In this document: piece by piece, positions 26,897 through 36,114 of the stretch
Layout: the number at the start of each line of letters is the position of its first letter
How positions within the stretch are numbered: position 1 is the first letter of the stretch
DNA from: Actinomycetes bacterium
GTDB taxonomy: Bacteria > Actinomycetota > Actinomycetes > S36-B12
NCBI GenBank assembly: GCA_965278965.1
Contig: OZ257127.1
Coordinates: forward strand, 2,036,911-2,100,910
Direction of reading: 5' to 3'
Length of the DNA stretch: 64,000 bases
Position numbers and translations under genes: made by a program
The notes under the pieces: model-generated
The model's input: the letters and a program-made list of their open reading frames with translations, nothing else
Told to the model about the DNA's origin: nothing
Database searches by the model: none

Positions 26897-29062
26897 GTGA
26901 CCACCGGCCGCAAGCGCCCGGCTCCCCGCAAGCGCGCGCCCGCCAAGGCCCCGCGCCGGCACTGGCTGCGCTGGACGCTTCTCGGGGTCCTCGGCGTCGT
27001 GCTCCTCGGCGTCGCCACGTTCGCGGTCGCGCTGGCGCGCACGACGGTGCCGTCCCCGAGCGACGTCGTCACGAGCGAGGCGACGGTCGTCTACTGGGCC
27101 GACGGCCGGTCGGAGATCGGCCGGCTCGGGGACTCGACGCGGCGCAGCATCCCGCTGTCCGACGTGCCCGTCGACGTCCAGCACGCCGTTCTCGCCGCTG
27201 AGGACAGGGGCTTCTACGACCACGGTGGGGTGTCACCGGTCGGGATCTTCCGTGCGGTGTGGAACAACGTGACCGGCGGCTCGACACAGGGCGGGTCCAC
27301 GATCACCCAGCAGTACGCCAAGAACGCCTTCCTCACGCAGGAGCGCACGTGGGACCGCAAGATCCGCGAGGCGCTCCTGGCGACCAAGCTCGAGACGGTC
27401 GTGTCGAAGGACGAGATCCTCGAGAACTACCTGAACACCATCTACTTCGGTCGCGGTGCGGACGGGATCGAGGCGGCGTCGATCGCGTACTTCGGCGTGC
27501 CGACCTCCGAGCTCACGGTCGAGCAGGGCGCCGTCCTCGCCGCGATCATCAAGTCGCCCAGTGGGCTGGCGCCTGAGAAGGACCTGCCCGCGCTGCGGGC
27601 GCGCTGGGCGTACGTCCTGGACGGCATGGTCGAGCAGGGATGGCTCACGCCGAAGCAGCGGGCCAAGGCCGAGTTCCCCAAGATCAAGAAGCAGCGGGCG
27701 AAGGATCGGCTGGGCGGGCAGACCGGCTTCCTGCTGACGATGGTCGAGCAGCAGCTGCTCGACCTCGGCTTCGACGAGACCGAGATCCAGCGTGGCGGAC
27801 TTCGGGTCACGACGACGTTCGACCAGGGCGCGCAGAAGGCGGCGACGGCGGCGGTCCGCAAGGCCGGTCCGGCTGACGGCACTGAAGGGCTGCGCATCGG
27901 GCTGGCCGCCGTCCGCCCGGGGACCGGTGAGGTCGTCGCTGTCTACGGCGGCCGCGACTTCATCACCGACCAGATCAACAACGCGACCCGCGAGTTCGCG
28001 CAGGCCGGCTCCACGTTCAAGCCGTTCGCCCTCGCCGCGGCGACGGAGCAGGGGGTCGAGCTCTCGTCGATCTGGCCCGGAAACTCACCGACGACCGTCG
28101 ACGGTTACACGTTCGACAACTACGGCAACCGCTCCTACGGCGACGTCACGTTGCTGCACGCGACGGAGGACAGCATCAACTCGGCGTACGTGACGCTGGA
28201 GTCCGAGGTCGGCGTAGACCGCGTGGCGGACGCGGCGATGCGGGCGGGCGTCCCGGCGGACACCCCCGGCTTCGACGACCGCAACCTCACGTTCGTGCTC
28301 GGCACCTCGTCGCCCTCGGCCCTGTCCATGGCAGACGCCTACGCGACGTTCGCCGCGCGCGGAGACCACGTCGCGACTACCACGGTGTCGAAGGTCGTCG
28401 GGGCCAACGGCGGCGTGCTCTACGAGCTCGAGCCCAAGGCGTCATCCGCCTTCGACACCGACACGGCGGACACCGTCACGTACGCGCTCAGCAAGGTCGT
28501 CACGGACGGAACCGGGTATGCCGCACAGGCGATCGGCCGGCCCGCGGCCGCCAAGACCGGCACGACGGACGACAACAAGAGCGCCTGGTTCGTCGGCTAC
28601 ACCCCACAGTTGGCGACCGCCGTCCTGATGGCCAAGGAGAACGACGCCGGGCTGCCGGTCTCGTTGTCGGGCACGGGCGGGCTGTCCACCGTCACGGGCG
28701 GTTCCTACCCCGCCGCGATCTGGACCGCGTTCATGAAGGCTGCACTGGACGGCCTGCCCGAGCTGGCGTTCCCGCCGCCCCCACCCGGGGTCGAGCAGCC
28801 GCGCGACTGCCCGGCGACGATCGCGTCCGCCGACGAGAAGGTGCCGGAGGGCTGCCCGACACCCCCGGTCGTGCCGGAGTTCTCCAACGCTCCCGAGCCG
28901 TCCCCCGTGGCTACACTTCCGCCGTCGCCGGTACCCGAGCCGTCCACCGACCCGGGGCCGACGCAGCCGGCGGAGCCGCAGCCGTCGGCCGGCGACCCGC
29001 AGTTCGGGCCGTCGGGAGCGCCGGTGCCGAGTGAGCCGATCCAGGAGGGCGTGTCGCCGTGA
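26897..29062 (+). CDS. ponA: Bifunctional class A penicillin-binding protein (transglycosylase/transpeptidase)
   Basis: GT51 motifs EDRGFYDHGGV and GGSTITQQYAKN. Transpeptidase motifs STFKP, SINS and KTGTT. Pro-rich C-terminus. Confidence 0.92.
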   Translation: MTTGRKRPAPRKRAPAKAPRRHWLRWTLLGVLGVVLLGVATFAVALARTTVPSPSDVVTSEATVVYWADGRSEIGRLGDSTRRSIPLSDVPVDVQHAVLAAEDRGFYDHGGVSPVGIFRAVWNNVTGGSTQGGSTITQQYAKNAFLTQERTWDRKIREALLATKLETVVSKDEILENYLNTIYFGRGADGIEAASIAYFGVPTSELTVEQGAVLAAIIKSPSGLAPEKDLPALRARWAYVLDGMVEQGWLTPKQRAKAEFPKIKKQRAKDRLGGQTGFLLTMVEQQLLDLGFDETEIQRGGLRVTTTFDQGAQKAATAAVRKAGPADGTEGLRIGLAAVRPGTGEVVAVYGGRDFITDQINNATREFAQAGSTFKPFALAAATEQGVELSSIWPGNSPTTVDGYTFDNYGNRSYGDVTLLHATEDSINSAYVTLESEVGVDRVADAAMRAGVPADTPGFDDRNLTFVLGTSSPSALSMADAYATFAARGDHVATTTVSKVVGANGGVLYELEPKASSAFDTDTADTVTYALSKVVTDGTGYAAQAIGRPAAAKTGTTDDNKSAWFVGYTPQLATAVLMAKENDAGLPVSLSGTGGLSTVTGGSYPAAIWTAFMKAALDGLPELAFPPPPPGVEQPRDCPATIASADEKVPEGCPTPPVVPEFSNAPEPSPVATLPPSPVPEPSTDPGPTQPAEPQPSAGDPQFGPSGAPVPSEPIQEGVSP

Positions 29063-29137
29063 GCGCGCGAGGAGTGAGCGCAGCGAGCCCCGGAGCGCGG
29101 GAACAGGTGGGCACGTGAGCGCGCTAGGAGTGAGCGC
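29059..29137. repeat. Two 23-bp direct repeats spanning the ponA stop and abutting the next gene start
   Basis: GTGAGCGCGCGAGGAGTGAGCGC (29059-29081) and GTGAGCGCGCTAGGAGTGAGCGC (29115-29137), 22/23 identical. The GTGAGCG core occurs five times. Confidence 0.7.
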
Positions 29138-30610
29138 GTGAGCGTGACGGCGCCCGAGTCGGCCGAGCCCGAACCGCTCGAGCCTGACGACGAGCCCGTC
29201 GCGCCGCCGTCGCCGTACGTCCTGCCCAGCGTCGAGGACCCGGTGGTCCGCGCGAGCCTGGGTGTCATCGGCGGCCGGCTCGGCCGGTGGGCACGGGTGG
29301 GCACGTCGTGGTGGAGTCCGGTCCGGGTGCTCGTCGTGGTCGCGACGTTCGCCTACGGGTTGGGCTACGTGCTCGACCTGTCGTGCCGCAAGCAGCTGTG
29401 GGCGAGCCCGGAGCGGTACGAGCACCTGTGCTACTCCGACATCGCACCGCTGTACCAGCTGCGCGGGTTCGCCGACCACCTCATCCCCTACGTGCAGGCG
29501 ATGCCGAACGGCCAGCACCTGGAGTACCCCGTCCTGACGGGTGCCTTCATGCAGGTCGCCGCCTGGATCACGACGGCGATCGGTGAGCTGTTCACCGTCG
29601 GGAGCAAGGCCGTCGTCTTCTTCGACGTCAACGTCGTGCTGCTGTTCCTCGCCTACCTCGTCGCCGTCGTGACGACCGCCCTGACGATCCGTCGCCGGCC
29701 GTGGGACGCGGCAATGGTGGCGCTTGCGCCGACGATGATCCTGGCAGCGACCGTGAACTGGGACCTGCTTCCGCTGGCCTTCATCGGCGGTGCGTTGCTC
29801 GCCTGGTCGCGGCGCCACCCGCTCGCCGCCGGCGTCCTCCTCGGGCTTGCTGTGTCGGCGAAGTTCTACCCGCTGATCCTTGTCGGCGGATTCCTGCTCC
29901 TCACTCTGCGCACCGGCCGCTGGCGCGCGTTCGGCGCTTTGCTGCTGGGCACCGTCGGCTCCTGGCTCGTCGTCAACGTTCCGGTCATGCTCGCGGGCTT
30001 CGACGGCTGGTCGTACTTCTACCGGTTCAGCTCCGAGCGCGGCGAGGACTTCGGCTCGATCTGGTTCGCGCTGTCGCAGGCCGGCCTGGGCGGGATCCCC
30101 GCGGACCGGCTCAACCTTGTCGCCACCGGGTCGTTCGTCGTGCTGTGCGCGCTCATCGCGTGGCTCGTGCTCGCGGCTCCGAAGCGACCGAGGCTCGCCG
30201 CCGTCCTCTTCCTGATCGTCGCCGCGTTCGTCCTGACCAACAAGGTCTACTCACCGCAGTACTCGCTGTGGCTCATCCCGCTCGCCGCGATGGCCCGACC
30301 GCGCTGGCGCGACTTCCTCATCTGGCAGGCCGGCGAGGTCATCTACTTCGTCGCGATCTGGTGGTTCCTGGTCCAGTACGGGATCGACGAGACCAAGGGC
30401 CTGACGGGCCAGGAGTACACGGTCGCGATCGTCATCCACGTCCTCGTGACCGTGTACTTCGCGGCCATGGTCGTTCAGGACGTCCTCGTGCCGGAGTACG
30501 ACCCGGTGAGGTCCGACGGGTTCGAGGACGACACCGATGACCCCGGGGGCGGCGTCTTCGACCACGCCCCCGACGTGTTCACGCTGCGCCGCCGCCACCA
30601 CCGCGACTGA
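29138..30610 (+). CDS. Polytopic GT87/DUF2029-type membrane glycosyltransferase (Rv0051-like)
   Basis: 490 aa with about 10 TM helices and an acidic N-terminus. It holds the conserved position after ponA. Confidence 0.7.
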   Translation: MSVTAPESAEPEPLEPDDEPVAPPSPYVLPSVEDPVVRASLGVIGGRLGRWARVGTSWWSPVRVLVVVATFAYGLGYVLDLSCRKQLWASPERYEHLCYSDIAPLYQLRGFADHLIPYVQAMPNGQHLEYPVLTGAFMQVAAWITTAIGELFTVGSKAVVFFDVNVVLLFLAYLVAVVTTALTIRRRPWDAAMVALAPTMILAATVNWDLLPLAFIGGALLAWSRRHPLAAGVLLGLAVSAKFYPLILVGGFLLLTLRTGRWRAFGALLLGTVGSWLVVNVPVMLAGFDGWSYFYRFSSERGEDFGSIWFALSQAGLGGIPADRLNLVATGSFVVLCALIAWLVLAAPKRPRLAAVLFLIVAAFVLTNKVYSPQYSLWLIPLAAMARPRWRDFLIWQAGEVIYFVAIWWFLVQYGIDETKGLTGQEYTVAIVIHVLVTVYFAAMVVQDVLVPEYDPVRSDGFEDDTDDPGGGVFDHAPDVFTLRRRHHRD

Positions 30611-30624
30611 CGGCTCCCCCTCTC

Positions 30625-30696
30625 CCGCACGTCCCGCTTTCCGGGACGTGCGGCACGAACGGTGCCCCCCGCTCGGCGTGTCGTGCTGAACGTCCC
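30625..30696. repeat. 72-nt structured intergenic repeat, copy 1
   Basis: CCGCACGTCCCG-CTTTC-CGGGACGTGCGG hairpin (30625-30653), followed by ...GGCGTGTCGTGCTGAACGTCCC. 60/72 identical to 45112-45183. Confidence 0.8.
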
Positions 30697-30721
30697 GGTC
30701 GCCCGCAGCGACCCGACGGAC

Positions 30722-31885
30722 CTAGAGGCCGGCGACGGTGTCGAAGCGTGACGTCGTGAACCGCACGTCTGCGGCCATCTGGTCGCCGACCGCCGGAACC
30801 ACGCAGCCCTTCGGCAGCCAGATCATCGACACGTGCTGGTGCGGTGGCTCGGCGAACCAGCGCTGACGTCCGGCCCAGATGAACGGCGACAGTGCGCGAC
30901 CCGCGGCGTCAAGGGCTCCCGTGCCCGCTGCGACGACCCGCTGGCGCAGCGACGCCACCGTGGACGGAGCGCTGAGCCCGATCCCGTGGGCCGTCCCGCC
31001 GGAGACGACGACGAGCGTGCCGTCCTTCGGCCCGGTCCGTTGCCGGTAGCCGACGTGCGCACCGGCGGGCAGCGGATGAACCGCGAGGACGGTGCCGGCG
31101 GCGCGCAGCGCGTCGCGGTCGCCGAGCCACAGGCGCGTGCCGACGCGGTGCCGCACGGTGACGTCCGGCACGGCTGCGGCGACGACGGTGAGCTCGTCGT
31201 CGGTCAGGTGCGAGACCCACACCCGCGTCGACGGCGCGTTGTGTCCGGACCACACGTCGGTCTCGGCCTGCCACAGCCCGGCCCAGCGAACGGCCTCGCG
31301 GGTCTTGGCGGTGATCCGCGACTCACCGGCGGGCGCCACCTCGTCCGCCGGCTGGGCGATCGGCAGGTGTAGGGCGAGACCCTCGGCGAGGACGCGCCCG
31401 CGGGCGAACGCCTCACGCACCAGCGGGTCGGCGAGGGTCCGCACCAGATCGGGCTCATCGAAGCCGAAACGGTGCATCGAGGTCTGCGCCTCGAGCACGA
31501 CGCGCACCGAGCCCGGCCCGTCGGCGAGTGCGAGCAGGGCCTCGTGCGAGGCGACGGTGCGGATGACGCGACCGGCGTTCAGGTTCTGGGCGACGGCCCA
31601 CCACAACTCGGCCGCGAGCGTGTCGCGCGGGTCGAACGGCTCGAGCACGACGATGTCGAAGGAGCCCTGTGCAGCGACCTCCGGGACCTCCGCCACTGTC
31701 CCGACCGCGACCGTGTCGGCCTGAAGGCGCAGCGCCTCGTCGACCAGCGTTCGCTGGCCGAGCCCGTACCCGTTGCCCTTGATGACCGGCACGATCGGTG
31801 CGCCGGCAGCGCGGCCGACCGCGTCCGCGACCTCGTCCTGATGGCGGCGCCAGCGTTCGGCGTCGACCTTTACGGCGAAGGCCAT
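30722..31885 (-). CDS. Alanine racemase family (fold-type III PLP) protein
   Basis: PVIKGNGYGLG matches the PLP-lysine motif of alanine racemases (AVVKANAYGHG type). 387 aa. Lies 4 nt downstream of the femAB-like gene. Confidence 0.7.
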   Translation of the reverse strand: MAFAVKVDAERWRRHQDEVADAVGRAAGAPIVPVIKGNGYGLGQRTLVDEALRLQADTVAVGTVAEVPEVAAQGSFDIVVLEPFDPRDTLAAELWWAVAQNLNAGRVIRTVASHEALLALADGPGSVRVVLEAQTSMHRFGFDEPDLVRTLADPLVREAFARGRVLAEGLALHLPIAQPADEVAPAGESRITAKTREAVRWAGLWQAETDVWSGHNAPSTRVWVSHLTDDELTVVAAAVPDVTVRHRVGTRLWLGDRDALRAAGTVLAVHPLPAGAHVGYRQRTGPKDGTLVVVSGGTAHGIGLSAPSTVASLRQRVVAAGTGALDAAGRALSPFIWAGRQRWFAEPPHQHVSMIWLPKGCVVPAVGDQMAADVRFTTSRFDTVAGL

Positions 31886-31889
31886 GTCA

Positions 31890-33053
31890 TCAACCCTTCC
31901 GGGACAGGTAGGTGCGGAACCCCTTGGCCCACAACGGTCTTAACACGTAGTCCCACTCGCCCACGTACTCCTGTGCGTACCCGCCCGTGCCGACCTTGAA
32001 CTGGACGAGGCCGTGCAGGTGGTCGGCCGGGTCGAGCGTGTCCGCGATACCGCGCAGGTCGTACACGGTGCAGCCGGACGCGTGCGCGTCCTGCACCATC
32101 CGCCACTGCAGCGCGTTCGACGGACGGACGTCACGGTCGGCGGTCGTCGACGCCCCGTACGAGTACCAGGCGTGGTCGCCGACAGTGATCATGATCGTGG
32201 CCGCGGCGACGTGACCGGCATGCTCGGCGACGTACAGCCGCAGCCGGCCCGGAACCACGGAGTTCAGGGCGTCCCACATCCGTTCGAAATAGGCGATCCC
32301 GCGCGGCGTGAACCCGTCCCGCTCGGCGGTCTCGACGTACACGGGGTGGAACGCGGCGAGGTCCTCGCGCGTGCCCTCACGGACCGTGACGCCCGCCTTC
32401 TCGGCCTTGCGGACGTTGCGCCGCCACAGCTGGTTGAAGCCGGCGAACACGTCGTCGGTCGTCCGTCCGGCGAGCGGCACGCAGAACACGTATCGCGGCT
32501 GCACGTCGCCGAAGCCCGCCCCGGTGGACGGTGGCTGCGTCCAGCCGGTCGCGGTGAGCCGCTCGGCGAGCTTCGCCGCCGGCCCGCTGTGCCAGTCGGC
32601 CATGACCTCGCTCAGGCGGGCACCCGAGCCCGCCGGGGTGTCGGCGAGGGCGGCCTTGACGGTCGCCGCCTGCCAGCGGCGCACGGCCACGGGCGGACCC
32701 ATCTTGACCTGGAACGCCCCGTGTGCGCGGCAGTGGTCGAGCAGTGGCCGTAGCCAGTCGTCCAGGCCGGCCTCCGGCAGCTCGGTGCGCAGCCAGTCGA
32801 TGTCCGGACCCTCCGGGAGGTACGCGAGCGAGCGTCGCGGCAGTCGGGGTACCGGCCGGTACAGGACCAGGCCGGCGCCAACCAGCCGTGAGCCGTGGAA
32901 CCAGCCGAGCGACTCCCCGCGCCAGCCGGCCTTCACCGCCGCCCACTCCGGCAGCTGGAGGAACGACACCGACGCGCGGTCGGCGACCCACTGCTCGTGT
33001 TGCGCCGCCGTGATCGCGCGGACGGCGAGGCCGGTGCTCCGCGCCGAGCTCAC
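31890..33053 (-). CDS. FemAB-family peptidoglycan interpeptide-bridge aminoacyltransferase
   Basis: 387 aa with FLQLPEWAAVKAGW, a double GNAT-like architecture and QFKVGTGG near the C-terminus. The GTG start overlaps the xthA stop (GTGA). Confidence 0.75.
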   Translation of the reverse strand: MSSARSTGLAVRAITAAQHEQWVADRASVSFLQLPEWAAVKAGWRGESLGWFHGSRLVGAGLVLYRPVPRLPRRSLAYLPEGPDIDWLRTELPEAGLDDWLRPLLDHCRAHGAFQVKMGPPVAVRRWQAATVKAALADTPAGSGARLSEVMADWHSGPAAKLAERLTATGWTQPPSTGAGFGDVQPRYVFCVPLAGRTTDDVFAGFNQLWRRNVRKAEKAGVTVREGTREDLAAFHPVYVETAERDGFTPRGIAYFERMWDALNSVVPGRLRLYVAEHAGHVAAATIMITVGDHAWYSYGASTTADRDVRPSNALQWRMVQDAHASGCTVYDLRGIADTLDPADHLHGLVQFKVGTGGYAQEYVGEWDYVLRPLWAKGFRTYLSRKG

Positions 33054-33847
33054 GCCCCGCCCGCCTCGTCGGCGAGGTCGACGACGACGGGGGCGTGATC
33101 CGAGGCGCCCTTGCCCTTGCGCGCCTCACGGTCGATCCACGTGTCCTGGACGCGCGAGACGAAGGGGTCGTTGCCGAAGACAAGGTCGATGCGCATCCCG
33201 AAGCCCTTGTGGAAGTTGCCGTCGCGGTAGTCCCAGAACGTGTAGGGCGCGCCCTTGAGCGCGCGCGGCATCACCTCGGTCAGGCCGATCCCGCTGAGGG
33301 CCGTGACAGCTTCTCGCTCGGCGGGCGTCACGTGGGTCGAGTTCGCGAACGCGGCGATGTCCCACACGTCGGCGTCGGTCGGGGCGACGTTGTAGTCGCC
33401 GATGATCGCCAGCGGCAGGGCCGGGTCCGCGACGAGCTCGGAGCCGACAGTCGCCTGCATGGCGGCGAGCCACTTCAGCTTGTAGGCGTAGTGCAGATGA
33501 TCGGGCTCGCGCCCGTTCGGCACGTAGACGCTCCACACGCGCACGCCCCCGCACGTCGCACCGACGGCCCGCGTCTCGACGACGTCGTCGAAGGGCGGCT
33601 GGTCGGTCAGGTCGAGCACGACGTCGTCGAGGCCGACGCGGCTCAGGATGGCGACCCCGTTCCAGCGGCCGTTGCCGTGGGCCACCGCCTCGTATCCGAG
33701 GGCCTGGATGGGCATGTGTGGGAACGCGTCGGAGGTGCACTTGAGCTCTTGCAGCGCGACGACGTCGGGCTGCGCGGACTCCAGCCACTCCAGCACGCGC
33801 GGCAGCCGGGAGGTGATCGAGTTGACGTTCCACGTCGCGATCCGCAC
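33050..33847 (-). CDS. xthA: Exodeoxyribonuclease III
   Basis: VRIATWNVNSI..., VVALQELK and SDHAPVVVDL motifs. The GTG at 33847 was chosen; the TTG extension to 33904 runs into a hairpin repeat. Confidence 0.9.
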   Translation of the reverse strand: MRIATWNVNSITSRLPRVLEWLESAQPDVVALQELKCTSDAFPHMPIQALGYEAVAHGNGRWNGVAILSRVGLDDVVLDLTDQPPFDDVVETRAVGATCGGVRVWSVYVPNGREPDHLHYAYKLKWLAAMQATVGSELVADPALPLAIIGDYNVAPTDADVWDIAAFANSTHVTPAEREAVTALSGIGLTEVMPRALKGAPYTFWDYRDGNFHKGFGMRIDLVFGNDPFVSRVQDTWIDREARKGKGASDHAPVVVDLADEAGGA

Positions 33848-33884
33848 GGACGAAACCCTAGCCGCGCGGCCCGGCCTCCTCGAC

Positions 33885-33933
33885 CTTGAGGTTTCAGGCC
33901 GCAACGCGGCCCGATGAGGCCTGAAACCTCAAG
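33885..33933. repeat. 16-bp-stem hairpin sharing the arm CGACCTTGAGGTT with the hairpin at 39724-39780
   Basis: CTTGAGGTTTCAGGCC (33885-33900) pairs with GGCCTGAAACCTCAAG (33918-33933), with a 17-nt loop. Confidence 0.75.
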
Positions 33934-34020
33934 CTCGGCACCTCACGTCGGGCGCCGATTTCGCTCTCGTCGGTTGTGGCGGGTACCCTTCTGAGGCCGC
34001 TTCGCGCGGCACGCAGAGAA

Positions 34021-34065
34021 ACCTCCTGTCACGGATCGACCGTGACCGCCTAGTCCGAAGGAGGT
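34021..34065 (+). promoter_or_regulatory. rpsF leader with a Shine-Dalgarno-sequestering helix
   Basis: ACCTCCT (34021-34027) is the exact complement of the SD AGGAGGT (34059-34065). It encloses a 7-bp hairpin, GTCACGG-ATCGA-CCGTGAC (34028-34046). Confidence 0.4.
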
Positions 34066-34074
34066 GGGTTGCTC

Positions 34075-34389
34075 ATGCGTCGTTACGAGATCATGGTCAT
34101 CCTCGATCCAGACCTCGAGGAGAAGACCATCGCCCCCAGCCTGGAGGCGTTCTTGAACGTCGTCCGTGCTGACGGCGGAACCGTCCACGGCATCGAGATC
34201 TGGGGCCGGCGTCGCCTGGCCTACGAGATCAACCACAAGCCCGAGGGCATCTACGCGATCGTGACCGTCACGGCGACCATCGACTCCGTCAAGGAGCTCG
34301 ACCGTCAGTTGGGGCTGAACGAGGCCGTCATGCGCACGAAGGTTCTGCGCGCGGACGAGCCGGTCGCAGCAGCGGCAGGGGCGCAGTAG
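34075..34389 (+). CDS. rpsF: 30S ribosomal protein S6
   Basis: [16 protein letters not shown]... Confidence 0.95.
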   Translation: MRRYEIMVILDPDLEEKTIAPSLEAFLNVVRADGGTVHGIEIWGRRRLAYEINHKPEGIYAIVTVTATIDSVKELDRQLGLNEAVMRTKVLRADEPVAAAAGAQ

Positions 34390-34889
34390 TGGCCGCCGGC
34401 GACGTCAACGTCACGATCGTCGGCAACCTCACCGCCGATCCGGAGCTGCGTTTCACTCCCAGCGGCGCGGCCGTCGTCAACTTCCGCCTGGCGTCCACTC
34501 CGCGTGTGCTCGACAAGGCCACGAACGAGTGGAAGGACGGCGAGCCGTTCTACGTCAGCTGCAGCGCGTGGCGTCAGTACGCCGAGAACATCGCGGAGTC
34601 GCTGACCAAGGGCATGCGCGTCGTCGTCCAGGGTCGGCTCAAGCAGCGCAGCTACGAGACCCGTGAGGGCGAGAAGCGCACGGTCGTCGAGCTCGAGGTC
34701 GAAGAGGTCGGTCCGTCGCTGCGGTACGCCACGGCCAAGGTCAACCGCGTCCAGCGCGGTGGTGGCGACTTCGGCGGCGGCGGCAGCAGCAACGCCGGCG
34801 GCGGCTTCGGCGGCGGTCAGTCCGCACCTGCCGACGACCCGTGGTCGTCCGGTGGCGGCGGCGCCCCGTTCGACGAGCCCCCCTTCTAG
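34389..34889 (+). CDS. ssb: Single-stranded DNA-binding protein
   Basis: [33 protein letters not shown] fold, a Gly-rich linker and a DEPPF tail. The GTG shares one base with the rpsF TAG. Confidence 0.95.
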   Translation: MAAGDVNVTIVGNLTADPELRFTPSGAAVVNFRLASTPRVLDKATNEWKDGEPFYVSCSAWRQYAENIAESLTKGMRVVVQGRLKQRSYETREGEKRTVVELEVEEVGPSLRYATAKVNRVQRGGGDFGGGGSSNAGGGFGGGQSAPADDPWSSGGGGAPFDEPPF

Positions 34890-34964
34890 CGGGACGACCT
34901 CCCTCCCCCCAATCCCCCCGGTGGCGCTCGCGGAGCGCACCCACTGCGAACAGGACAACCACTG

Positions 34965-35231
34965 ATGGCACGAGACAGCAAGGGCGATCGCAAGTCCTCG
35001 CGCGGCAAGGACAAGATCGTCAAGGCGAAGGCCTGCGCGTTCTGCAAGGACGGCGTGAAGGCGATCGACTACAAGGACACGAACCTCCTTCGGAAGTTCA
35101 TCTCCGACCGGGGCAAGATCCGCGCCCGTCGGGTGACCGGCAACTGCACGCAGCACCAGCGCGACATCGCGATGGCGGTCAAGAACGCCCGCGAGATGGC
35201 GCTGCTGCCCTACACGTCCACCGCTCGCTGA
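34965..35231 (+). CDS. rpsR: 30S ribosomal protein S18
   Basis: [50 protein letters not shown]. Confidence 0.95.
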   Translation: MARDSKGDRKSSRGKDKIVKAKACAFCKDGVKAIDYKDTNLLRKFISDRGKIRARRVTGNCTQHQRDIAMAVKNAREMALLPYTSTAR

Positions 35232-35255
35232 CGCGACGAAGGCAAGGAACTCACC

Positions 35256-35702
35256 ATGAAGCTCATCCTCACCGCTGAGGTGCCCGGTCTGGGCGACCCC
35301 GGCGACGTCGTCGAGGTCAAGGACGGCTACGGACGCAACTTCCTGCTCCCGCGCGGGTTCGCCATCGCGTGGACGCGGGGCGGCGAGAAGCAGGTCACGC
35401 AGATCAAGCGCGCCCGCAAGGGCCGCGAGGTCCGGGACCTGTCACACGCCAACGAGATCAAGCAGGCGCTCGAGGCGCTGACGATCACCGTCCCCGCGAA
35501 CGCGGGCGACACCGGTCGGCTCTTCGGCTCGATCACGACCGCGGATATCGCTGCCGCTGTCAAGAAGGCTGGGGGTCCGTCGCTCGACAAGCGGTCCGTC
35601 GCCCTCGTCTCCCCGATCAAGACGGTCGGCACCCACGCGGCGACTGTCGCGGTGCACCCGGACGTCACCGCGAAGATCACGCTGGAGGTCGTCGCCGGTT
35701 AG
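35256..35702 (+). CDS. rplI: 50S ribosomal protein L9
   Basis: [34 protein letters not shown]. Confidence 0.95.
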   Translation: MKLILTAEVPGLGDPGDVVEVKDGYGRNFLLPRGFAIAWTRGGEKQVTQIKRARKGREVRDLSHANEIKQALEALTITVPANAGDTGRLFGSITTADIAAAVKKAGGPSLDKRSVALVSPIKTVGTHAATVAVHPDVTAKITLEVVAG

Positions 35703-35718
35703 GCACGACGCACGACAT

Positions 35719-35755
35719 GACGAAGGGCGGGACCGTGGCGGTCCCGCCCTTCGTC
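35719..35755. terminator. 17-bp-stem hairpin after rplI (bidirectional)
   Basis: GACGAAGGGCGGGACCG-TGG-CGGTCCCGCCCTTCGTC. Confidence 0.7.
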
Positions 35756-35765
35756 GCGTCCGTGG

Positions 35766-36062
35766 TCAGTTCGTCGTGCTTGAGGCGGCGAAGATGACGA
35801 TCCACGCGGCGGCGCTCAAGACGGACAGCACGAGCCCGACGATGCCGAGCCAGAATCCCCACTGTGCGCTCGACCGGTTGGTCGCCAGGCCTTGATCGGC
35901 CTTGGTGATGCCCATGCGGCCGAAGACGATCGCGAGGACCGCCGGGATGATCGGTACGCACACGAGCCCGACGATGCCGAGCACGAGCGCCGCAGTGCCG
36001 AGCCCGTTCTCCTGACGGGCTGGCTGGTACGAGCCGCCGGGGTATGGCGCTGGTGTGCTCAT
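35766..36062 (-). CDS. DUF4190-type small membrane protein
   Basis: 98 aa with a Pro/Tyr/Gly-rich N-terminus (TPAPYPGGSY) and two TM helices flanking GITKADQGLATNRSSAQWGFWLGI. Paralog of the next gene. Confidence 0.7.
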   Translation of the reverse strand: MSTPAPYPGGSYQPARQENGLGTAALVLGIVGLVCVPIIPAVLAIVFGRMGITKADQGLATNRSSAQWGFWLGIVGLVLSVLSAAAWIVIFAASSTTN

Positions 36063-36114
36063 GGAATCTGGAACCTCTCATCGTCGAGTTGCGGGAGCTG
36101 ACTAGCCGGCGAGC

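Noticed and set aside
29063-29137. Possible read-through or frameshifted C-terminal extension of ponA across the GTGAGCGC repeats
   Set aside because: The ponA frame ends cleanly at TGA 29060-29062 after a typical Pro-rich tail. The downstream frames are interrupted by further TGA codons within the repeats.
33848-33904. TTG-initiated 19-codon N-terminal extension of xthA
   Set aside because: The extension (MRPETSRSRRPGRAARVSS) is encoded by one arm of the 16-bp-stem hairpin repeat. ExoIII proteins normally begin right at the (M/V)RIATWNVN motif.
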